From: Trichoplax adhaerens
Lineage: Eukaryota > Animalia > Placozoa
NCBI RefSeq assembly: GCF_000150275.1
Contig: NW_002060943.1
Location: forward strand, 4,112,008-4,176,007
Reading direction: 5' to 3'
Length of the DNA: 64,000 bases
The position numbers and the translations under genes are program-made. The notes under the pieces are model-generated. The model ran no database searches. It was not told where the DNA came from and saw only the letters and a list, made by a program, of their open reading frames with translations. Below are positions 37,601 to 50,000 of this stretch, in pieces; positions within the stretch are counted from its first letter, which is position 1; each line of letters begins with the position of its first letter.

Positions 37601-38518
37601 TTACTATCACTTATTGATGCTAACGGTAGAAGTCACAGGTTGTGTTAAATATTCAAGATAGGTGATGATGTAGTTGGATACTGATAGTAAGAAAATGAGT
37701 ATTTTATTATCTATTAAAGCTTTAATGTTATTATGATAGACCCTGGCAACCGAAATGAGGAAGGTGAAAGTGGAAATTTGAAGAGGTAATTTTATTTCAT
37801 AGGTTGAAACATAGCTAGATAGCGACATTATTTCCAATTTCTTGTGTACCCAACTTAAAATGGCTTTCCTTTACGCTTTAATTTAGTGGGGTTATCCGTA
37901 AGGGAGAGAAATGGTATTATTTGGACTTGAAAGAAAATCCTCGTGGAAAATTTTTAAGGGTAAGTTATCCATTTGTGTTATTCTGCTTATAATCTCAACT
38001 TTAGGTAGTCTGCTCTTCTTTCTTAATAATTATAATAACCCTATTTTAAATTGTACCTCTATTTGATAGATCAGTCAAGTTTTGCGTTATGGGGGTCGTA
38101 ATCAGATTGCACTACCTGCTCAAGGCATTGCAGAAATGAAAGATGCCTTAAGTGACCTTCTAGATGAATTTGGGGTAGAAGATGTTGAGACTGAGCAAAC
38201 GTCTTTAGACAGCCAGATGTTACGCGCAGAAAGCAAGAGAATTTACTTCGACGTTGGAAAGAATAATCGCGGAACGTTTCTAAGGATCACGGAGGTACAT
38301 CTATTCACTGATATACTTTTTTGTTTAATATTTTCATAGAAATGATGGAACGATTTCCTATAACCTTACCTAAAATTGTGTCCTTGTAGGTCCGTGGAAG
38401 AACTCGTAATGCTGTAAGGCTTCCTCAGTCATGCTTATCAAAGTTTAAAGAGATTATATCGGATTACTGCGATAGACTTGGAGTGAAAGACGATGAAGAA
38501 AAAAGTGCTACTGAATAA
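34627..38518 (+). CDS. PURA: Pur-alpha/beta family ssDNA/RNA-binding protein with three PUR repeats, 7 exons
   Basis: Exons 34627-34714, 35106-35207, 37433-37536, about 37740-37784, 37887-37959, 38070-38293, 38390-38518; [30 protein letters not shown]; [16 protein letters not shown]; [10 protein letters not shown]; [21 protein letters not shown]. Confidence 0.95.
37183..37234. repeat. Perfect 24-bp tandem duplication in PURA intron 2
   Basis: AGTCACAAGATATAGTTAATAACA x2 followed by AGTC. Confidence 0.9.
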
Positions 38519-41409
38519 GATAAACTGTTATAGTGATATTTCACTGGACAATTTTGGATTTGGATTGCATGAAAGTCTGGAAGGCATCATCCCGAGCTCT
38601 ATGAAGCTCTCAAAGTAAAATCTAAGATTTGTAAAATTATGCGAGAATAAAATAGTCAATAAATAATACTTAAACAGTACAGTAATTACGTTAGTTGAAT
38701 GTGCTTTTTCTATAACAATTTCTATAGCTACTGGTATACGTAATATGGTATTGTCTAGAGTTTACAATCTAAATTACGTGTTATCGGCAATTTTCAATAA
38801 TCGACTTAAAACACGTTATGTTATGTTGTTTATTGAATAATCTACTTTTTAGAAGATGTCGTGACGTATTGATTTTTCGCCTTTAAAGTTACTACAATAG
38901 CGTGCACGTACAATGTTAGAAATTTCATTTAATTGTAATCTTAAGGCGTGTACGACTCGCTATTATTTAACAGCTAAATGGGTGTATATTGTGTGCTACA
39001 GTTATCAACATTCCTACACACATTTTTACACTCGTAACTGAATGATTTTGGTAGTTTCGGTTACACTGCTTTAATGCCACCTAAGTTATAAAATCAATCA
39101 TGTATCAAGCCAGTATCTGATATACAGTATTTTTATCTTACCGATTATGATACTTTTAGTTCATCCACTTTAGCACTTCTAAGCGATATCGAGTATTGCA
39201 AATCGGTAACCGTTTATCATAACAAAGTAGTCAGAAAAAAGAATATTTAGTGAACTATTCGTTGTTTCGCAAGATATTACAATTCTTGCTATAATTATTG
39301 CAATCATAAGTACTGTTACATTCAATAATATTGCAATAATACCGTATAAACATTTTTTGTTACTGTCTTATTTTATTGCGAAACATTCCAGTAACCAGTT
39401 GGTGGCTTATATACTGTTCATGTAGTAATACTCAGCAACATACAATATTAGCACATCGTAGTTAATGAATTAGCTTGAATAGGCTGAAGAAATATACAAT
39501 TACAATTATCATGTTTGATTTTAGTAAGCAAAGTATTTACAAACTGTCACAATGTTTCCTGTATGTGTACGCTGTAAAAGAAGCAAACTATTGGTTATTC
39601 CGAGTAGCAGTTCCTTATGTTAGTCATATTTTGCAATGGACCTTTCTTCCTATGGTTATGTAAGGCAATTAGATAACAACGCTCTTACTGATTGTCTTAT
39701 CGGTCATGTTTTGATAGATAATTTTATGTGGTACTACAGGTTAGATCTGTCAATTGTAACTCAAGTACTGCATAGTGCCTAGGAAACGGTGTTTCGATTT
39801 ACTAATGCACTAACTTTGTTTTATTGCTTGTTTAATTATTTTTATTTTGGAAAAGACACGGCAGATGTGAAGTTATTCACTTCATAAGTAACATTAATGC
39901 TATTATTGACCGTAAACGTTAAGTTACAATAAACGTAATTATCAAGTAATTTAGCGATAAAATAAAAGTTCGGATTTTAGGTATATTAAGTGATGTCTGA
40001 ATAATGAATGTCATAAACAGTTTAAGTTTGCTTAGTCATGTGTTCATGTCCTACATTTTCTTTGTACTTGAATTCTGAAGTGTGGTTAACTTATGTGCGT
40101 TATTGAGTTCATACTGATTGCATACTTATCTAAGGCGAACAGAAAAATATAATTTGTTTTTCTTTTAAGGATACTGTAATGTCATGGAATCTGCCGAGTT
40201 AATTTGCTATTAAATGTTAAAGAGTTCTCACTTATAATGTATGACCTATTTGTTATGGTAGTAACGTCTTCAATTGCCTTGATAGATATTTTATAGAAGT
40301 CAACGTACAAGATGCAGACAGATGGCAATTTCTTCTTGGAAGTGTTAGTCTTGATAGTGTGAATATTACTGTAGTGAACTTCGCGTTAGAGACTCGTATG
40401 GCTGTTTCTCATCAACATTAGGCTTATTGCTGCCAATCATATCAATGTACACTAAATTGCATTGTATTTAGTAATAAGTCCGTTTGCACAATAGTGCCGA
40501 ATTTATACAGTATCATTTATACTCGTGTTTAGCTGCAATAGATATGGTGCATGAAATCCTTAGAGAAGATTTTAATCTTTAACTTTTAGTTTCACACCGT
40601 AGTTCAGAAAGGCAATGGCTTACCTTGGAAGTTAAGTAAAGGTTATTGGTATCAGAATAGTCTAATCATAGAGGTTTTCTGTATCTCTGAGTCTAATCTC
40701 CAGTAGATCGAAAATAATATTCTAATATTGCATGGGTTTAATGTACAGTATCTAGAGGCTAGCTTTAAGATTAAATTTGATGCTATTTGCGTACGCGAGC
40801 GCCACGTATAGAAATTTTATCATTACGTATATAATTAATTTATTGAAATCTTAGTAATCATAATTAATAGACGTACAATAAAAGAATTTTGAGCTCAAAT
40901 TCGAGGCATTTACTTGCATAATTTGCATATTATTATTTTTACAAGGGTAGTAAGCTTGAAACATATAGTACTGCATATGAGGTCGAATATGAGAAAATGT
41001 ATAATATGGTAAAGTTATAGTAGACATATCTACTGCCTAAACAAGAATAAGTACTGTAGAATAGTGACTTTCGAAGATCTTGCAATACTCATTATACTAT
41101 TGATGTGAACTAAGTTAGAACTATTGAGCTTTGACACAAAATGTTGTAAGACGACAGGCCGTTGATAATGTGCACATCGTCTGACAACTTGACTACCTGA
41201 GCATGTAGGCGAAGATAGTGACTTTAATTTTAATGACAAATTTCCATGAACAAAAATAAATCTAGCATTAGTTCCAATTGTAATTCACAAAGTGAGTGCG
41301 GGATATTGTAGAGCGAAGATTGATTTGCATACTAATCCAATTCTGCTCAGTCAAAATAAGATTGTATTATTACGATATCAATTGGATGGTATCAATGTAG
41401 ATATCATTT

Positions 41410-41979
41410 TTAGCTTTTATTGGAGTATTCATTTTCTTTGTTGTTGGTATCATCGCTAAGTGTTAATTCTAAGTCATTCGTTTCGGATAATTTACGGGTG
41501 CTCGTATCCTGTTGATATTCTTGTACATCGTTATTGAAATCGCCATTATCATTGTCGTCAATATCTTGCTGAAAGTAATGGTCGTTTTGACCTAAGCGTA
41601 TCAGGGAAAGGGCGTACTGGACAGCCTTCTTACTACCAAGATTTTCAACCTTGTGAACTACATCAACGAAGGGTAACTTTGGGTATAAACGATGCGCCCA
41701 ATGTTCGTAGATTCTTAGTATAGTTATTAAATTATTATGATAATCTTTCTTCTTTTTAAAGTGTAACTTGTTAAATTGTTGATGTAAGGCTCGTAATCCT
41801 CTTTCAGAAGTCAGGCGATCGCTGTCTAATTTAGGTCTCGGTTGACGAATTACTTTACGTTTTAAGCCATTTTCAATAGCTTGTATTTCTTTTTCGTCTT
41901 GGAGTCCATTTGCAGTACTTGGAATATTTCCATCGAAAAGTGTTTCTTCATCGTTGATTGGCATAGGTTGTTCATTCAT
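41410..41979 (-). CDS. TIPIN: TIMELESS-interacting protein (Swi3/Csm3 family), single coding exon
   Basis: RQPRPKLDSDRLTSERGL...YEHWAHRLYPKLPFVDVVHKVENLGSKKAVQ, the Swi3 domain signature. Confidence 0.93.
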   Translation of the reverse strand: MNEQPMPINDEETLFDGNIPSTANGLQDEKEIQAIENGLKRKVIRQPRPKLDSDRLTSERGLRALHQQFNKLHFKKKKDYHNNLITILRIYEHWAHRLYPKLPFVDVVHKVENLGSKKAVQYALSLIRLGQNDHYFQQDIDDNDNGDFNNDVQEYQQDTSTRKLSETNDLELTLSDDTNNKENEYSNKS

Positions 41980-42267
41980 CGTGTTTGCAGCAGCTCTGTA
42001 CTGGATCGAAGAGGGAGACTACAGCACAGAGTTTAATATGTTAATTAGCTGATCGATATCACAGTCAATGGAAGGACTATTCACTCTTTTCCTATCAGAA
42101 TTGTGTAGCTTCCTCAATGTAGGCCATAGAGCTTTGGCAACTTTATTTCATCCTCTACTCCAAGACTCTTCTCCACCTTGACTGCAGTCAATCAAAGTGG
42201 CAACACTTCTCTTTTGTTCGGTTTGATTTCCCGCTAAAACCAAGCAGAGAGCATTACAGTGATTATG

Positions 42268-42965
42268 ACTGTACACTGTACACTGTACACTGTACAAAAT
42301 CTTTGCTTAGAAATTCTCGAATTTAACGTACAGTACAATGTACTGTACACTGCATTGTACTGTAAAACCAATGCAGGTACAGCACTGTAAATTTATAGCT
42401 CTCAGTATAGAATTTACAGTCAATCTCTGACTGTACTCTACTGTACTGTACTGCTTAGCGAGTTTGTACTGTACAACCACTGCAGGTACAGCACTGTAAA
42501 TTTACAGCTCTCAGTATAGAATTTACAGTCAATCTACTGTAGTACAGTACAGTACTGTACTATAGCTGAGCGAGTTTGTACTGTACACTGTACAAAATCT
42601 TTTGCTTACAGTACAAATTCTCGAGCTTAGCGAGTTTGTACTGTACTGTACAGTACATTGTACAACCACTGCAGGTACAGCACTGTAAAGTTACAGCTCT
42701 CAGTATAGAATTTACAGTCAATCTAGTACTGTACAGTACTGTACAGTACTATAGCTGAGCGAGTTTGTACTGTACACTGTACAAAATCTTTTGCTTACAG
42801 TACAAATTCTCGAGCTTAGCGAGTTTGTACTGTACAGTACAGTACTGTACTGTACTGTACATTGTACAACCACTGCAGGTACAGCACTGTAAAGTTACAG
42901 CTCTCAGTATAGAATTTACAGTCAATCTAGTACTGTACTATATAGTACTGTACTGTTCAATACTG
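42268..42965. repeat. Complex tandem repeat in the TIPIN-U1A divergent promoter
   Basis: Core TGCAGGTACAGCACTGTAAAkTTAyAGCTCTCAGTATAGAATTTACAGTCAATCT at 42372, 42481, 42670 and 42874 (spacing 109, 189, 204), embedded in CTGTA/TACAG pentamers. Confidence 0.92.
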
Positions 42966-44011
42966 AACGCCAACTTTCAGAAAGAAACTTGTAAGCGAGC
43001 CCTTTTCAAATTTCTACCCACAGGTCCAAAGTAATTAGCCATAGTTGCCGACTGAATCCTTCGATTATCGCAGCCATCTCTTCGGTAAGCCATCTGATAG
43101 CTTAATGATGAAAAGGTGATGCTAATGGGTGACTATTTTTGTCATGCCTTTACATATCCACCAGAATGTATAGTCGATAATCGGTATTTTTTGCACTCAA
43201 ATAGAGGATGTCAACGGACATTGTACGGTACTGCACGTCTTGATAGTTTCATCGACTTTTGCTATGCCAACGACATGATGCACTGACAGTTATTCAGTAA
43301 AGACGATAGGAATAGGTCACCTAATTAATATACTGTACGTATAAAATGCACATGTATCAGATCACTATCGCTAGTTGATTGGATACTACTGTATAGTGCA
43401 GCTGAGATTGATAGGAAATAGTACTTAGTTAGCGACTAGAAAAGGATTAATGGACGCATGAACTGTAAATGGACTTACACAAGACTCTACTCCAAGTATA
43501 CAGTATATATTATTGTAATGCTGATGGAGGTCTTTTACCATTATCAGGTAATAGCAATGAGAGTGTAAAGTATTGGAATGGCTAACGGTAATCTTCATGC
43601 TTTGAAAACACAAAAAAATGACTAAAATGCACTTTGTTCGCGTCCACTATTCCATTGATTATGCCGTAGCTTTGTTGAAGTATCCCGTTGCAACTGTATA
43701 AACTACTATACGCGTGCAGTCACTACTGTACGGTATGACCGTAGAATGCAATTCAAAGAGGTTGACTGAGAATGATAATTATACTAAAGTACTGTAATTC
43801 AGTTCAATCTCCAAAGGAATTTGGCTAGCAATGCTTCGTTTGACTGCAATTACGATGTTGCAATCGTAGAAGTAACGATGGAACGTTTAGTGACTGCAAT
43901 ACCAACTCAATAAACTCCGAGCTACAACTTGATTTCTTGATCGTCTTACCAATAACAATATTATTGTTTCCTTTCTATAGAAATCGTAACATTGGATATT
44001 CCTAAGGCAAG

Positions 44012-45857
44012 ATGTCAATCGATATCCCTCCAAATCAAACTTTATACGTTAATAATTTAAATGAGAAGGTCAAGAAAGAAGGTTAGTTCAACAGCAAGAC
44101 AGCAGATAAATGGCAATCTTTTAGCCAGCCAATAAAATCCTATCGCTATTGCAAAATTCATGTAGTATTAAAGTAAATTTATGATGGACTTTCGTATCTT
44201 TAGATAGTATTTGCACGTTTGCTGATATAATTAGTTATTAGGATCACCCATATCGTAGTAATTATGCAAGCGCTACCATAGCCCATATACTCTAACGTCT
44301 TTACAGTTATAATGATAAATTAACGAAATACCGTAGAGAAAGCAAAATACGTATATGTTTCGATGGGTATGAAAACTTGAGTAACCAAGATACAGACATA
44401 ATAATAAGCACGAATTTACTCGCAATACATAGGATAATATACACGTTACAAAAGTTTTTATTACGGTATATCAACTTTGCATTTCCCAAGGATCTATCTA
44501 ATGATTATATATAATTTAATTTATTACCTTTGGATTAGAATTAAAGAAATCCTTATACGCGATATTTTCTCAATTTGGCGCGATATTGGATATCATTGCC
44601 ATGAAAACTTTAAAGATGAGAGGACAAGCGTTTGTAGTTTTTGAGGATATTAGTAGTGCTACTAACGCACTACGAGCGATGCAAGGATTTCCTTTTTATG
44701 AGAAGCCTATGGTAATAAAGAAGTCATTGTAGACTCATACAAATTTTACTACCCTAGGCCTTTATTTGCACGACTTACCAGTCGATATATCGTTATACGT
44801 ACTTTCCGTATGTGCCTAGTAGCTATTACGTGCTAAAGTGAATTAATATGCTATTGATATGAATTGACAATCATATATTTAGAAAGTAGCTTCGGCAAGA
44901 TCTATAAATTTTTGATATCAATACTAATCGGTAGTGTTACATAAGAGTAAAACGTTTGCGATCTTGGTTAATGTTTAAAAGAAATTAATAAAACATTTGT
45001 GAAATATTACAAATTAAGCAAATAGAATTTGGTGTATATAGCACTCGAAAATATATAACTTACAAATTTATTCTTCCTTACTTAACAATGAATTTTAGAG
45101 AATTACTTATTGTAAATCGAAATCAGATGCGGTAGCTAAGAAAGATGGCTCATATGTACCTAGGGAGAAGAAGGTTAGAGAGAAGAGAAAGCCCGACGAA
45201 GGTTAATACAAGAATACAATATAGCGTTATATTAGTACCTTAGTATTTACTTGCATGGTATCAATCTTATTTTCTAAATATGCGTATGGTATAAATCTGC
45301 TCAGCTCCGAAACCGAAACCTGCCAAGAAACAAGCTCCTGCTGCTGGCGAACCTGCTCCTGCTGCGACTGGTAGAGCTTCTTTCGGTATGACTGTCAATA
45401 CAACTTCGATATTTACGTACCTAATTGGTGGCATTTGTTATTAATTTATTGATTTAAAAATTCAATTTTTTATTCTAGGAATGCCACATGCTGCCGGTAG
45501 CCAAGAGGAACTTCCTAATAAGATCTTATTCTTAACTAATCTCCCTGAAGAGACTACGGAATTAATGCTTTCGATGTTATTCAATCAGTATGTCCTTTTG
45601 TCCATAAAATTTGAAAAAGTCTTGATCAGTATTACTTTTGTGAGTGTGTATGATTTTGAGCTGTATATTAATTCGATCATGGTGTGTTCATTGACAGATT
45701 TCCTGGATATAAAGAAGTCCGTTTGGTTCCAGGAAGACATGATATTGCATTTGTCGAATTTGAATCGGAGATTCAAGCAGCTACAGCTCGTAATTCATTG
45801 AATGGCTTTAAAATTACACCAACTCATCAAATGAATATCGCATTTGCCAAAAAATAA
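44012..45857 (+). CDS. SNRPA: U1A/U2B''/SNF two-RRM snRNP protein, 6 coding exons (probable non-coding exon ending at about 43084)
   Basis: [52 protein letters not shown]...[13 protein letters not shown]; RRM2 [46 protein letters not shown]...MNIAFAKK*. The loop-3 region resembles SNF/U2B'', so the symbol denotes the family. Confidence 0.95.
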
Positions 45858-45951
45858 GCTCATGGTGGTTATTACCGTCCACCATTATGCGGTAAAAATG
45901 ATCGTATTTAGTATTGGTAATGCTGAAAGCCTTTTCTGTTCTACTTTTAAG

Positions 45952-46144
45952 AATCGTCCCTTGCATTGCACTTTGCATCGGTGATTGATTTACTGTCCAG
46001 TAATTACGAATTTTTGATCCTATTATGCGCCCTTGTTTACATATTATAATTTGATTATTAGAGACTTAGCATTGCACAAAGCTGAGTCATTAGGAAATTA
46101 ACATTTTATATAGTACGAAACGTTTAGCATTGGATTTGGCTAAG
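45952..46144 (+). promoter_or_regulatory. U1A-binding stem-loops (U1 stem-loop II mimics) in the U1A/SNF 3'UTR
   Basis: C-[ATTGCACTTT]-G loop 45965-45974; GACTTAGC-[ATTGCACAAA]-GCTGAGTC 46063-46088; TTTAGC-[ATTGGATTTG]-GCTAAG 46123-46144; AATAAA at 46461. Confidence 0.75.
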
Positions 46145-47094
46145 AATGAGTGTTTTGGTGAAGAAGCAGTGAATGAAGAATGGCATTTGCACCTAAGTTT
46201 AAAAATTTAATGTAACCTATTAGAGCGGAGCTCGTAAAGATTAGAATATGCGATACCATAGTCACTGGTTCCACTGATAAGGAAGTACGTGTAATATTTT
46301 TTATCGAGGCGATTGCTGACATAAGGCTCATGTGATAGGTCGTAGCGTTTCAATCTCGTAAGGGATGTCACGCAAAGGGATAGAACAGATACTACACCTT
46401 TGACCTTTTATTACCTTCGACATATTATAATATTGTACTTTTGGTTAATGACTGTTCAACAATAAAGGTTTATTGAACTAAAGATGATCATGCGTGCAAT
46501 GCCCTGATTACCAAAGAAGCTAAGGAATTGAAAGTTCTTAGATGTGTGTTTGTGTCATTTAGTGCAGTTACTTATAGTCTAAATTATTTTGATAAAAGTA
46601 TCATTATGATAAGGAGATCGATTACAATTCGTAGACCTTTTAGTGTTTCGTGACTTGCAAACGGTTTAATAATTATGCACACACAATCGGACCGTAGTTA
46701 GACTGTTACTTTATCCAATCATTGTGACAGACTCGAGCTTTTTCAAGCAAGGCAATGATAGTATGTATACTTTGTCTTGACTATAGATCCGATCTTATAC
46801 GATATGAAAATTGCAACATAACTAAAATAGTTAAATTATGCCAAGAAAATTGAAGGATAAGCCACATCTTTGAAATAATTGCATAAACTCTATATTTTTA
46901 TCTCTACTTAATGATGCAGTATAATAGAAGTAGTAATCGTTATGATGGCGAAAGTTGCCGTTATTGATTTATAGCAATATTTCACAATTCCATGAAAATT
47001 TACAACTAGCTAATCAAGAATGAACGATGCAGTTGTACAGTACTGTAGACAATTAAAAACTATTAAGATTTTACAATAGAGACTAAGGTGTAAC

Positions 47095-50000
47095 CTAAAC
47101 TTTCTTCAAAGATGCTGAAATATCTTTCGCTCCTTTAGCTTTTCGCCATAAGATAATTTCCTATTCGATTAGATCAACAAAACAAGTATAACTTTAATAA
47201 GTACATGTCTACATCGCACCAGTAACTGGATTACTGAAAGGAGCTTATACGAAGTTATTATTTGGTATCGTAACGTAAATACCATCCGCCTTGGTAGTCA
47301 TCAATCTGCGCATAAAATACACTACATCTTGTTGAGATACTATAATAAAATTAATTAATTTACCTGTTGCTTAAAATATCTCCTATCTTCTTCATCGATT
47401 AGAACAAGATTGAGAAAATAGCGGACAGAGAATTTTTTGTTTACGTCTTTTAAAGTAGGCGTTAAATCGTAGTTAGCTAGGAACAAACGGATTGGAATGG
47501 ATTCCCCTACAGAAGAGTGAAGATCTTTTATTTCACCAGTAATTCTAATTGTTAAATACTTTAAAAAATGCAGACCTCTAACTGGTGCGCCATCCATAAT
47601 CTCAAACTTTGCAACGGTTTCGTTCTCATGGTAGACATTTGCACCTGTTCCTGTCTGTTCTCGCTTGATAATGGCCAATTCCATGTACTTAATCTTGATT
47701 CGGACCAGTAAAAAATATATTTTACCAACGATTACGTCATTCAAGGAGTATCTAAGAAATGCCATATAAATCGAACCATGAAATATTACTCTTATCGAAA
47801 TTATTTACCGATATTAATTAATTAATTAATATTAGGAGTATTTCGTAAGTTTTGCAATAAGATATTACTTAGATTTATTATATTCAAATTCTATATGCAG
47901 ACAATCTTCAATTCCGACTTCCATTTTGATACTGCAATATTGAAAATTTAGTTAAAAGTAGCATAAAATATTAAATTAAATTAAATTTAGCAAGCCATCT
48001 CTGCTATTACCTGTTATTAATATCAGGATATTGGGAAAGGGTATGGACGCCAATATCCAGCTCTTTTACGATATCAGAAATACGACGACAGATGGATGCA
48101 CGCAGGAAATACCTACATTTTAGCGTTGAGTATAATTTATGTCAAGAACTATGCTGGTATATTTACAAGGTTTTAGAGTGATGTAATTTAGTCATACGTT
48201 TTTTAGGCTTGACTAACCTAAGCCTAACATTGTTGCCACTATAGGTCTCAAAAGGTTTTTCAACATTAACAAATTCGAAATCGATGGCAGCATTTTGAGT
48301 TAATTCGCCGGGATGAGCTAATTCTTTTACCAGTGAGATGAATTCATGGTGATTGCCACGATCATAATACAGTTCTATATAAATAGACCAATAGAGTTTA
48401 ATTATTTCATTGTTTTCATAAAATATTAATAGATTGATTAAAAGTTAACAAGGTATATCTAGGCCCTCAATACATATATTAAAATAATAACAAAATGTAT
48501 ACACGGATACTGCTTTTCGACATTAAGGGCTTGAGCTAAATTTTGGGATTATCTATTTATTAACTGTATATAAAGTATAACCACGTAATAAAGCTCTATT
48601 AATAGACATTACGAAAGAGTTTGAAGTGATTGCTTTTATGCTTGGAAGTTTTCGAACTTAGTCAGTATTTACTGCTCTATGATGAAAACATAACCAAATG
48701 AACTTATCTCCAGTTCGACTTACCAATTTGACCAACAAATTCAATTTTAATACCCTGGTGTTCTAGCTTTTTTCCAGGATTCTTTAATTGAATTTTTAGC
48801 TAATGTAAATTTGATGATGTATTGTTAGGTGAAGTTGTACAATTAATACCTTGAATACACATAGTAGATTAAATCATTTCGAATATTGAATATACTATGC
48901 CTCACCTTGCCCTTAATATTTTCACCATCATAAAAGAGAGCTAATTTCTCAAGCTTGCCTTCTTCGGTTTTTATTTCAGTTGGCTGCCTATCATCTGCGT
49001 TGTCAAGTTCGATTTCTAAGTCAGCTGACTGTCCAAATCTGAAGAAGCTCTATAGCGTAATTGAGACATTGGGTTTGTATGAGTGAAGTGGTGATATATC
49101 CTCGGTTTGAGGAGTAACGTATATCTGTACTTTTAATTCATATTATGCAACATGACTTGACAATTTTACGATTAAAGATACTGAATACTGTAGTTTGAGG
49201 TATACGACATTTTCGTTCGTAGTATGAACTCATGCGGGGGGGGGGGGATCGATAGCAGTATAAAAATGTGACAAAGCTGTAAGTAACTTATGACGGTATA
49301 TTTCCGATTTAATTGATTAGACATTAGTACGGAAATAAAGCGGTAGATGGTTTACACTTTCTTATTTAATGGCTGTTGACAATGACATAAATTTATGATA
49401 TAAGGAAGATATGTATTACTCTTCAATCATCAATTATACCGTTGCATACAATTTACTCATTTAACGTGAGTACAATTCCATAACTAATTGGTGTAATATC
49501 ATCCATTTCGGAGTTCAATTTGATTTGAATTCATTACTATAGCTATCATTTGTTCAAATAGATTTCTAATGGTGTAAATATGCAGTAAGTACTGTAGAAT
49601 TGATATCCTAGTAGTAGTTAAAAGCTATCGCAGTTGGCCGGATATGAAAGTTTATACCTTTACGAGTACAGTACCTATGGATTTATATTCAATGGATGAG
49701 GAGATTATTGAGGTAATAAAATAGTTATTTTGTGTTGCATAATCAAGTTGTTAAAAAGAATTAACATTTGTCAAGGTAAGAGTTGTTTCGTCTGTATAGT
49801 TAGTTAGTCGACACAAGACGATAGCAACCAACCACTGCATACTAGTAATGAATTGGATCAAAGCAATGAAATCTAAAAAACCAATATTGTACAAAGTATT
49901 AAGTTACATCACAGTAAAGTATTTCTTCAGTATCAGGTGATTTCATTGATGCATGCATTGGGTATTGTTGTGTCCTATGACTTTAAGGCAAGTTTAAAGT

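Noticed and set aside
42576-43034. Twin ORFs MYCTLYKIFCLQYK...
   Set aside because: They are translations of the 189-bp promoter repeat, begin with TTG, and their Y/C/T/V content comes from the pentamers
44209-44770. ATTTGCAC in U1A introns, and at about 46186, as extra U1A sites
   Set aside because: An extra T breaks the AUUGCAC register and there is no C-G-closed 10-nt loop
49236-49247. G12 run (also G9 at about 53575 and C10 at about 57195) as G-quadruplex or splicing enhancer
   Set aside because: Isolated homopolymers without four separate G-tracts or other support
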